Shown here: positions 13,751 to 25,684 of the stretch, in pieces
Numbering within the stretch: the stretch's first letter is position 1
Layout of the letters: each line of letters begins with the position of its first letter
NCBI GenBank assembly: GCA_907165135.1
Contig: OU015569.1
Coordinates: 5,456,001-5,520,000, forward strand
Reading direction: 5' to 3'
Length of the DNA stretch: 64,000 nucleotides
Source of the DNA: Oikopleura dioica
Lineage: Eukaryota; Animalia; Chordata
Program-made: the position numbers and the translations under genes
The notes under the pieces: generated by a model
What the model was told of the DNA's origin: nothing
Seen by the model: the letters and a program-made list of their open reading frames with translations, nothing else
Database searches by the model: none

Positions 13751-14354
13751 ATGGCTCGATACTTATCGCAAAAGCAAATCGACGAGTTCAGGGAGTGCTT
13801 CAACCTCTACGATCGAAAGAAGCAAAACAAAATTTCCACAAGGCTAGCTTCCAGATATTATAGAGAAAATATAATTTTGAACTGTTATCTGTAAGCTATA
13901 CAGGGATGTCATAACTGTTATGAGATCTCTCGGAACATATCCGACCAAGAAGGAAATTGAAAGTCACTTCAAAACTTATGATAAGAAGCACGGTGACGAC
14001 GTCGAGTTCTCGACCTTTTTGAACATTATGTAAGGGCATTTCGACTCTTTTGAAAATTCTTATTCTAAGGCATCAACAACTGAGTCAGGAAAACGCGGCG
14101 AAGGAAATACTCGCCGCGTTCAAGCAATCGGACTGGGAAAAGAAGGGCTTCGTCACCGTCCAAGAAGTGCGCCAAATACTAACGAGAACGGGCGAAAAGG
14201 TGCGCTAACGCCTTGTTGTTATGTTCATCCGTATGTTTAGCTCACAAGTCGAGAATGTGACTTGCTCCTCCGATCTGCAAATGTCCAATCAAATGGCTAC
14301 ATTAAATACGACGAGTTTGTGTCTTTCATCACCTCGCCTCTTCCAGACTACTGA
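13751..14354 (+). CDS. CALML4: Calmodulin-like protein 4
   Basis: MARYLSQKQIDEFRECFNLYDRK...FSTFLNIMHQQLSQENAAKEILAAF...GEKLTSRECDLLLRSANVQSNGYIKYDEFVSFITSPLPDY*, colinear with CALML4; the first intron needs a GC donor. Confidence 0.85.
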
Positions 14355-14525
14355 TTGGCGCCTTTACGACCTGATTTTCGATTTCTATTCTTTGATTTTT
14401 TCTTCTTTAGCTCCACTGTCAGTTCCATTTTCTGTTGATTCTTTCTTTGATTCCGAATAAAGCTTTATCTTCTAATTAATTACAGCCAATAGATATCTTC
14501 TTTCGCTTAAATTGAGTTTTTATCT

Positions 14526-15102
14526 ATGAGAATGAACGAGACTCCAGATGATCTCGATTTGAAGCTTATTGCCGAAAACTGTCAGCGCGAGCAATCGAGC
14601 TACAAAAACTGTTTGCGCTACGGCGAAGCAAATTATCAGAAAATGAAAGAAAGAATGTTCTTCGCACCATTATCAAATGAGGAAAATATTGGGTTTAAAC
14701 GTCTCTTAATTTCCCAATTTTATCTTATCGTAAAGCCGATAGTTTAGCCCTTTATTCGTATTTCCTCTTGGACATGTTATTTTCAATCCAACAACAGAGC
14801 TAGAGTGATGCCGAACCAACACTATCCTCATGAGTGCGATGTTTTATTGGAAAATGAGCGAAATTGTCTGGCGTTTTGGACAAAGATCTCGGGCAATTAC
14901 AACAAAAAGGGCCTTTTCAAAGAAAGAACAGGCACGCCCGACGCATCGGCTAGACAATTTATCTTAGAAGAGATGAAATCAATGCAAAAACTACCCTACA
15001 TTGGTATGATCTATTTATCGCTACTGCTAAATACAACGAATTTAAGAGGTATCAGCCGAGTATCTTCGCCAATTTGCCGGGGTCAATCAAGAAACGATCT
15101 AA
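14526..15102 (+). CDS. Small protein with two Cx9C motifs (possibly DUF3128/C22orf39-like or a mitochondrial intermembrane-space protein)
   Basis: Three exons give CQREQSSYKNC and CDVLLENERNC motifs and end ...FAGVNQETI* at 15102; lies between CALML4 and MGME1 with short spacers. Confidence 0.45.
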
Positions 15103-15176
15103 ATATTCTCCTCTCATTTCTATTTAAATTCCAATTCAGAATAAATCGCTTTTCTCTCATTGGTACCATTTTTAGT

Positions 15177-16376
15177 ATGATCAGGATCGCCAGGCGATGC
15201 ATAAGTGGGTTGGAAAGACCGCTGAGAAGTCTGAAAGACTGGGGGAATGTTCTTCAGAACATGGAAAAGCTCGTTTACGCGAATGGGCACGGACAATTAT
15301 TACCCAATCCAGGAAAAGAAGAAAGCAGTACCGCGTAAACTCGTTTCTCAAATTTTATCTTGTTTATTTCAAAATCTCAGGCCGATATTGGAAGTGCTGA
15401 GAAGCATCAAAATCCAGGAGCGGTTGACACTCAACGGGGAACCTCATTTGAAGCCTGGTAAAATTGAAGCTGAAGACTTTGGCGATAAGGTTGCTGGAGT
15501 AACTTCGATTCTACAGAAGACTATGTCAGAAAATCAGCGGGAAGTTCTGCGCCGATGGAGGGAAAGGATGATACTCGAAATGGGCGAAAGCGGCTTCAAG
15601 ATTTATCAAAGAAATCTTTTGGAGCACGGGACGGACACTCACTATCTGATCGAGTGTTTTGCGAAAGAAAACGAGGCTGCTTTTGAAAAGTCGTTCGAAA
15701 AAGCGGGGCACGACGTAAAAGCCTTTTGGAAGTCAGTTGAACCAATTTTGAGAAGTGGAGACGTTACAATCAAGGAATCTGAGTACAGAATACAAAACTC
15801 GCAGTTACCATACACTGGCATTGCAGATAGCATAGGAAGGGTTCTGATGAAAGACGTTTGAGGTGACTCTTATTCCAAGAATTGAATTTTCTTGTTGTAG
15901 TGTTAGTCTAACACTGTTAGATTCAATATGCTGCTTTTTGATAATTTTCCAAATTTTTTCTACTACCTGATCATAACTCGTAAAAAGGATACATCCACAA
16001 GTTTGGCTGGTGCATCATCGACTGGAAAACAAGCCAAAAACGTAAAACTGTTTGTTCGCTTCAACTGCAGTAATTTTGTGAAGATAAGTTCAGAATCTCT
16101 CGCAGTGCTTTGACGAGCCGCTACAGATCGCTGCGTATGCCGCAGCGCTTGGGTTGAATAAAGGGGCTTTAGTCAAGATCTACAAAGACAGGACATGGAT
16201 TAATGGTTTTTTGTTTACAGAACAATAAGCGTTTTTAACGCTATTATTCGTTAACCCATCATAGACCCTGCGATATCATTTATATTACCCCACCCGAAAT
16301 GAAGCTTTACTGGAATTCATTCCTCGAGCGTTTCGAAAAGTATGCGGCAATGAGCTACACCAATAAGAAGACGTAA
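15177..16376 (+). CDS. MGME1: Mitochondrial genome maintenance exonuclease 1
   Basis: Presequence-like MIRIARRCIS; VTSILQKTM..QREVLRRWRERMILEMGESGF; YTGIADSIG..WCIIDWKTS (PD-(D/E)xK); FDEPLQIAAY; YWNSFLERFEKY. Confidence 0.88.
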
Positions 16377-19300
16377 TTCATCAACGATGATAAAAATTGT
16401 TTCAATTGATTGTTATAATGCTTTTGTTAAATTTTTTCACACCAGAGCAACTCTGATATAAAAGACTTTTTGACTTTTTGAATTAAATTCATTGAAAATC
16501 CAGCTCCCATCTCACTGCCAACTGGAAAATTACGAAAAAAAACCAGTCACACTCTAATTTTGTAAAAAAAAAAACGTTCTATCTATTTCTTTCATTCTAA
16601 TTGGCGGACTCGTATGTCTTTACTCTATTTTTACTCGTGAAAAGTTATTAAAATTTATGTCCAAATTGATGATTTCCGGCTGAGTCTTGGCGTAGGTGGA
16701 AACTGCTGGCATTAAAAGGGCTTTCTCGGTTTCTTCAAATGTCGTGCGAACAAGAGAGAAATACTCTGAGGTTTCAAAAGCGCAATTATCTCAACGTATT
16801 TAAAACTCCTTTAGTGAGAAATCCGCAATTTAATTCAAAAGTGCTTAAAACCTCACTACCTTGCACTCTTTAGTCTTTCTAGGATAGAAATTCTAGCGAA
16901 TACCACTTTTAAATTCCTAATAGGGATCTCCTATAACAGGAATTTATTATTAATATAAACTTTGCGTAATCGATTCTTCAATCCTAAGACTTCCTAACTC
17001 GCTAAATTCTTATACTAGATAGGATTTCTATCACGAAAGTAACGCAAATAGTAACCGTGACCACGACCTTGATAATTTACCGTATCTATTTGTCGTTTCT
17101 CCCACTGTAGGATACAGAATGTGTATTCTGTCATTGATGCTGTCAATATTCTCATTTATTTTACTGACTTTGTTATTTATTTGAAGGTTTTGGCATAGCA
17201 ACTCGCAAAAAAAAGAATGATCTTTCCTAGCTCTGTTTGAACTAACATGTCCATACAATAAAACTTTATTGCCGTCGATTATGAATGCAAATGAAGCAGA
17301 TAACCCGTGACCATGTTATATATTGTGTTAAAGCTCGAATTCCTTTAACTGACCTTTTCATGGACCCTTGGCATTCCGTAGCTATCGCTAAATCGCTAGC
17401 CTAAACAGTACACGCACTTCCGCTTCGATTGCGCTGGAGCGAAAATAACAAAAGACTTCCCTTTCAGACATTTTAAACCTCAGAGTTATGTGCACAATCG
17501 TAAATCCCAGCGTTCAAACCGGCTGACGAATATCGCTTGATAAACTACAGGTAAGAAGCAACCATTCTCATAGACAATGAGGTTAATTTTTATTGAGGAA
17601 CCTCGTTTTTCTTGTAGATGAATTGGCCATGTTGAGTAATGAGAAAGTCATTTACTAAAATAAGACGTCACCTGCTATTTGATCTTCATAAAGTCTAAAA
17701 AGTCGTTCTTTGTTTAGCTTGATGAGTATTCTAGAGGAGCACTGTAGTCATTTAGAAATAAGTTACTTATTGCTTGGCCGCGCTTGGCTTCGTCATAGAG
17801 TCGATACCAACGCGTGAATTCAAAAGAGAAAAAACGACCGATTTTTTACTTTTTTTCTAAAAGTAAACTTTGACCTGCTGTAAGTATGCATTTTATTTAT
17901 GAAAACTGCCTTGTGTACGGCGCTAGATATATTTATGCCGGAAATACCGATATTAGAAAAAACAGAACACATAAATGGGAGAGCGAATAATCGAGGAGGT
18001 ACTAGGCGGCTTGGAATAATTCTAAGTCAAAGCTGTACAATCTAGTCACCGTATGGATAAATGCGTTTGCGGTTAAGGCGAATCGATAATATAGTCTTTT
18101 ATCACGTGGCAATTGCACGGGTGGACAGTCTTCTGAATTCCCCTTTGAGACCTATAATTAAGTGGTATTAGATTTGACTAACGCGAGGCCTGAACACATT
18201 TAAACATCCCTTGCAGAGAAATGAAATCAAGGAAGATAACCTTCCAAGCTTGTCTAGGCTTATTTGGATAACTCCTCGTTGCTTCACGCAGAATTATTTA
18301 GTTCTTAAAGAATTCTGAATTCACCTGCAATCTACAGCGCGGAATAAATTTGCTCTAAGGAGCAGTTTAATCCTGCACTCTTCCGCGCAAAAGTTAACTC
18401 GGCAAATGAACTTATAAACTCTCTTGTAAGGAAAACCCAGCCAAACAGAGCTTAAGTTTTTACGAGCGCCAGGACATGCTTTGATGCGTGAATAAGTTTC
18501 GTTAGATTATTCACTCCTGATCTACCAATCTGCTTTTTGCGTTATTCTATGATTCAACTGTCTTTTGCTGGAACTTGTTTGAGATACAATTTCGTAAATC
18601 CTAATCAGAGACTACGCTAATGTTTTCGATTCCTACGATAGCGAAAGAGTGTTTTATCTCGTGGAAAGTATTTCTGAAAACTGATAGCAATCAATGATGA
18701 GTAACTGGTTAACTTTTGATAATCATATCAGATTTACCAGCTCGTTTTTTGCCAAACGAATGACGCAAAATGCAAGCCTACTTCATAGCATTCTGAAACT
18801 GTTTTGATGAATATGGCCACTTGACAGCAATCTAATAGGAAATAAGCATTCGTTGCCCGCTCTTTATTGGAGATCTGATTGCATTACAGATAATGAAATT
18901 TATGTTCCGATAAGTGCGGCTTTTATTATTGGTAGGTCGCCAAGTAACGCGCGGTGCGCTTCAAATAGGGGTCAAACGTGGATGACGATTTCCAGTGTAA
19001 AACAATAGTGAGATCTATTTTTCCAGTAGGAAATTCAAACAATTGGAATTTGGTTTTTTCGGAGGCGCTCGTTTCGCTTGAAGCGCGAGAAACAGAAAAG
19101 AGAACGAGAAAAAGCAAAAAGAGAGGGAGAGAAAGAAGGCGATGTGCCCAACGCCCCGCTAGACGGACAAGCTCGGACTAATTGAATTTTTCCTATTGAT
19201 CCGCCATCTTAACACTCTGGGCGGTTTTCGTCTCCCTCACTGACGAAAGCTTAGAGACAACAAGAATTCTAGAATTGAAGGACTTGGACTTGTTTTCAAG

Positions 19301-21355
19301 GCTGAGAAATTCTCAGTTTATCAACCCCGCGCGAAAAGGTATTCATCCCTCTTTCTACCAACCTATCGCCCAGTCATTCATTGCATCTCCGAGCGGACTC
19401 ACTCATTCATGCGCAGAGTAATCCACTATCAATGTATTATAATTAAGTCGCTTCTCACGACTTATCTTTGTCATATAAAGAAATTGATAAATCCATTTGT
19501 TCTGGTTTTATTTTCTTGTAGACGCGGAATTTTAAAAGACGCACTCTAATGCGATTATGTAAATTCTTTTGCATGTCTTCACCCTGGTGGAAATCAGTGC
19601 GCGATCGTTGCAGAATTTTTTCTGCGGCATGGTCAAATTCAAGTTTGCTCCTAATGAGTTCATTTCTCCGTGTGCTCCCGAGTCCCGCGTAGATTTGACA
19701 AAAGGGGAGGACAAAGGTCTTCAACCTTTTGTTGGGGCCCTTAATCTACTCCGTGCTCGCGTCCTGTCTCATGAAGTACTCGCATAAGATGAACAATCTA
19801 ATTTTCGCGCTTTTGATTTACGGCAATGAGAAAATTAGGAGAAATCTCGCTATGTGAAATCAAGGAAGAGAAGTGTCGTTTTGGAATGGCGTGACCTACT
19901 TTAGTACGCGATTACTTAATTGAAGATTTAGCCGCCCCACGAGTGTTATAAATATACGTGCGAATATTTACAGTGAGCGCACTCAATCGATGCATTTCTG
20001 TTCGAGCACGTCATTTTTATCACGACGAGTTAGACCCGGCCTTGTCGATGTCCGTCAGTTTGCAAATGAATGGGATGAATAATTTACATTCACTTATTCT
20101 CTATATACCATTTTTTATTAAATGCTCAATTTTCGTTCAATTGACATTTTTCGTTTTGTTCGTTAATTCGTCTTCTGTGGTGACCAACGAACGTGACAAA
20201 TTTCAAGTGCTTCTGCTTCTCCCAGCCCCTCGTTAAGTGGTGAGAGATTGGAGAACAAAAAACTTGAAAGAAAAAGAGAAATTTTCAATTTCGTCAAGAG
20301 TTGTCGCATTCTTACTTTCTACTTTTCGTTTTCCTTCAAGATCGGAAACGAAATTGTATTTCTTTCTTTTCTAAATTAACCCTCTGACTTTATAGAGATT
20401 AATTATTTCGCGCCATAAAATCTTGTTACAAGTAACAGTCTTACCTCCTCATGACGAAATAATGACTTCATTCGTTTGAATCAGCTGGCGATTCTTAGGG
20501 GTCTTATAAGTCATTACTCTTGTTCGAGCATTAAATTTAGTCCCTAACGTTTTAATTGCGTTATGGAACCTAGCAAATGTTTATGTCAAGTGATAAAAAG
20601 AAAACCGCTCGTAAAAGTCTATCGTTGAACGTTAATGAGTAATTTATTTCCAAAAAGTTCATGATGTCCACCTCTCTTGAATTTGAGATTCTCGTAAAGG
20701 AGTTACATAAATCCCGATTCCAAAAAGAGGAAATGCTGAACAAAAGCAGAGGCAAATATAGATTCTTTTTTATGTCCGCCACGCTGTAAATGACAAGGCT
20801 CGGAAATGACGCCTTTCGGATAGAGCATGACTTAAATTTTCTTAGTCCCTCCTCACTAAAGTTTACAAAGAGATATTCGTCCGTGTTACATTCATTAATT
20901 GAAGCATAGCGAGCCTTTACGGCGCATACCGCTATAGCTCGTTAAATTACTTTTCTTAGAGTTTGAATATTTTCGGCGCTATTGCCTTCAGAGAAATAAT
21001 AAGGTCTCGTAACAAAAAAATACCATAGTGCGGCTAAGGAAATAATAAGGAACTTTAAATGCATCATTAATGCGTGTTCTGTTAAAAGACGTGTGTCCCG
21101 AGAGATCCCGATGAATTTAGGAGAGAAAGATAGAAAACCGCAGAGAGAGCGCGAGAGAAAATAAGAGTCCGAGCTCCTCTTTTTCCCCGAAATCGGCTTT
21201 AAAAGCTGAATCATTTTCTCACTTTTTCAAAAAAGCAAATTTGAATTAGAGAAAAACAAAACAAAAATAAAATTTTCACACTTTCCTGTTAAGAGCTGGT
21301 TTCTTTTTGGTCGATCGAAATTGGGTGACAAGTTTCGTCGACAAGAACGACGACA

Positions 21356-24020
21356 ATGAAGCTTTCCTTGCTCCTCGCCCTCGTCGCGGTCGGTGCTGAT
21401 GCCTCCAAAATCTTAGTTTGGCCAGCAGAATGGAGCCACTGGATCAATATGAAGGTAACAGACCCCTCACACGCACTAATATTTGATTTGATTACTGGGT
21501 ACATCCATTTCAATCTGCGCGTTTAAATAACGTTTAAACTTTATTGTCCGTGAAAGAAGCGTTATTATGCAACCTGCGCCACAGTTTACATTTAAAGCCC
21601 GCCCAATTACACCTCTTTTTAATTTATGGTGACTTTTAGCAAATTGAAATGAAATTAATTTTCAGTAGACAAGATGTCTACAGGGAGCCACAAGTTAAAC
21701 CCGCATTTTTATCGTAGTGTTACAAAATATCGCAATTTATAATAAAATATATACATTGTAATCTTATCACAGTGTGGGGCTGCGGTATTTTTCAGATATT
21801 TTCAGTCTTTTAGACAACAACTCGACTCATGAGTTAGTTAAAATTCATGTTAAACTTTGAGGTGCGATTAATATATAAGTGCACGTAGTACTCGATCTCT
21901 CACATATTTTCGGACATTCAAGGTTTATTTCAGATTATAATAAAAGAGCTGATCAGCCGCGATCACGAAGTGGCGATCATGCGTTCCTCGGCATACACGG
22001 ACTTTATCAAGATCGATATTCCAGAGGCGACCTATATCGACTTCTATGTGCCTTACGAAGAAGGCCACCATCTGCAGAGTATGGATAAGGTGCTCTCACA
22101 AGTCAAACTCGGCGATCCGGCAGAATCCTCTTTCTTCGGGAAAGCTTACGCGATGGTTAGTTTTGTTGCTGAACAGTTATCTATGAGGAAAGGGACGCAA
22201 CTAATACGAATAATGATATCCTTAGGATTCTATTCTATAGGATGTAGACTGAAGGCTATATTCAATTGGCTTTTCTAAACAAAGTTATCCCTTCGAAGAA
22301 TGAACCAATGTGAGCTGGTCATGAAAAACTCAACCCTTCTCAACTCGTTAAACGCTACTGACTTTGACTTGGTGTTAGCGGATCCGACGGTGATGTGCGG
22401 CGAACTCATCGCCACCAAGATGGGAGTGCCATTCGTTTACAATGTGCGCACACTGCCAGCCGAGCTGCACTTTTCGCTTTCGCAGACGCCGATGCCCCTT
22501 AGCTATGTGCCTATGATTAACACTGAGTTTTCGGACACGATGAATCTTTTCGAGCGAACGATGAATATGATCACCTACGTATACCAAACCATCGGCGTCC
22601 GAGCTGGATTATCCATGATGGACTCAATTGTTCACAAATACATCGACTCGAACCGAAGCTTTCTGGATATTGTCAGTCAAAGCTCTATGTGGCTCATCAG
22701 GTACGAATGGCCGCTGAATAAACTTCCCTGCTGTAATCTATTGCGCTTTGTCCCTTCTTCACTTCGCAAATTTGATTTGATCAACTTCCTACTAAGCCCC
22801 TATTGTACTTCGTGCTTGCTCACGCTTAATGCCCTTGCGCTTCTCAGAGCTTACTTGGCAACAGTATATTCTACATACGTGTGCCTAGGCAACAGCCAAA
22901 ACAAGCGTACTTGACTCTGAGCAAGGTCATCTCATTTTCTACAAAGCATTTCAGTTGACGATAGATGCTAATTGGTGTTTAGAACAGACTTCGCCTTCGA
23001 ATATCCTCGACCACTGATGCCAAACGTTAAATTCATTGGAGGCTTTCATTGCCAAGAAGCAGAGCCCCTCAAAGACCAGAGCCTTGTGGACTGGATCAAC
23101 GAGGCAGACGATGGAATCATCGTTTTCTCCATGGGTTCTATGGTTCGCTCGATGCACAAATCCAAAGCGGAAGTAATCGCGGCCGCTCTTGCGAGGCTCC
23201 CGCAGCGGGTCATCTGGCGATATGACGGAGAGATGCCTGACTCGCTCGGAGCGAACACGAAGACCATGGATTGGATCCCCCAAAATGAACTCATGGGACA
23301 CCCGAAGACCAAGCTATTCATTTCTCACGGAGGCAAGTAGCTGTTAAAGGCATTTATATGCTCCGTTCACATATAATAACGGATTTAAAGATCGGTCGTG
23401 TTATTTGATAAATCACACCGCGAGTGTAAATATCGAACGTCAAATAAATTTTTTTAGACTAATATCTGTTTGTAGGAACTAATGGGCTCTACCAAGCGAT
23501 ATACCATGGCGTGCCAGTAGTTGGTGTTCCTCTACTCGTAGATCAGTTTGACAACATGCTTCGAGTGACCGAGCGCGGCGCAGGCGTCACCCTAGACATC
23601 ACTTCTCTCACCTCCGACGATCTTTACGAGGCTGTCACAAGGTACCCCCGTTTCAATTTTATCCCACTTAGAGAACTCTTCCTAGGGTTATCGAAGACTA
23701 CTCCTTCACTGAGAACGCGCGGTCGATGAGCCGCATCCATCGGGACAAGGCGATGACGCCGCTCGAAGCCGCAGTTTTCTGGATCGAGTACACGATAAGA
23801 ACCAAAGGCGCGTTTCACTTGCGTCCAGCTGCGCACAACTTGTACTGGTACCAGTACTTGATGCTCGACTCGATAGCGTTAATATTTGCTGTCTTATACG
23901 TCCTCTATAGATTTCTTCCGACGACGTTACGGTTTATCTTTAGTAGTAGTTTAAGGTAAGCTCCATTTCAGTAAACATGAGAAAGACCAAACTTTTAGAC
24001 TAAAACTGAAAACCGAGTAA
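21356..24020 (+). CDS. UGT: UDP-glucuronosyltransferase (GT1, ER type I membrane protein)
   Basis: Signal peptide + KILVWPAEWSHWINMK; FDLVLADP; WIPQNELMGHPKTKLFISHGG signature; C-terminal TM followed by a dilysine-like tail ...LKLKTE*. Confidence 0.95.
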
Positions 24021-25684
24021 ACTGGAGATGCTTCAACATTATTCCTTGGTTATTCTTCAAGATGGAGTCCACTCACTGGACTCAAGCATCGGCCCTGTTA
24101 TTTTATCAATCGGCCCAAAGATACTAAACATATTTATATATATTTTTAATTTTACGACTATTATTTTTCAATCTTTCTGACAGCGATACCCAGTAATTGC
24201 AAATTCTTCAAGGCCAGTAATTTTCCTTTCTAGCGTTTAGCTTCTTCGCTTACTTTCTTCCAACTCCCGGCAGCTATGATCTCTTTAGGTGAGAGGGAGC
24301 GCCATAAGACAATTATCTTAGACATAAATCCAATAACATAAGTTCACGCTTGTATAAGGAGTTAAGAATCGCCTCTCGCAAAAAAAAAACTTCCATTTCA
24401 TCGAAGAAGGCATTCTTAAGTCAATGTGTTAACGACGTTCTTAGTTCCAACATTCCACCTATCTCTGACGTAGTTTTGATTGAATAAACCTGCAAGTTCA
24501 ACTTTTTTCTAATCCTTTCTCTCCTTCTCTCTGTCTTGTACACTTTCCTTCTCTTCCAAGTTTGCGAACAAGCTCTCATTCCTTCAAAACTATCAAAGTG
24601 CAGATAGTCTTACGCCGTAAAAGTTCCCCGTAGGAACTAGTACAAGATCAAATTCTTCTCTAGGCAGCGATCTCAGACAGTTTCTACTTTAAAATGTTTA
24701 AAGAAAGTATTATTAAATAATATTATCTATCTTCTTCAAAGGAATATCTTATTGACCTTTTTTCTTCTCTGTTTCTTTTGCCCATGGTACATCACCCCTA
24801 TATCATCAATCAAGTTCGTGTTCAACTAAATATCTGCTGGCTCTATTTAAAATTTCTTCACTTAGCAACTTCGCCTAGCTTCAAGTTAGTTCGGCAGATG
24901 CTATCAGTCTGAATTCGTACAGCAGCTTGCCACCATCTATAAGGAGCCTGGCTCAAGCGCTTTTCAGCACTGCAATAGTAATCATCGCACACCCTCGTTT
25001 ATTTTATTTTTAATTGAAGCTAGGCTCAATCCCTCGTCACAAGGTGGCAGGACTACCTGTATAAAATATGAATATTTTCATAAAATTATTGCTCTCAAAT
25101 TTTACTCTCTTCTCTCCATCATTCTCTACTAAGCCAAAACCATTTCTTACTTCTAAATTCAAGCTTTGTACAAAAACATGTTACTATTCAAGTATTCAAA
25201 AGTTGAGCCAGTCGGGCCACAGAATGACCGAAATCTTCAAGAGTGAAAAAGTCAGCCACTCGAACTGTATCTACGCCGGTCAGCGCGGGCCCAGCCTGTT
25301 GCCTTTACAATTTACAGGATGACGCCATTGAGTTTTTCTTAACTTTACTATCACTCAAGGGCTGATAAGTTGTACCTTTTAACATAATCAATACATGTAC
25401 ATCATTTTATTTAAAACAAGACTAGACTTTGCTTACATCTTTGTCTATCTTTATATATTACAGGTGCCAATCGGCAATAGAGAAAGGATCAAGCAAGGCA
25501 TGATTAATGAGCCCGATCATTTATACATTTAGTTGATGATTTTCAATTCTAATACTTTCATCAAGAGTTCAATATGCAGTTTTTAGCTAATCATAGCAGA
25601 GTATCATAGTCGAGATTATAATTGCTAGATGTTTTAATATGGCAGAATGTACAGTATATACAGTTTATACAGTTTATTATACAT

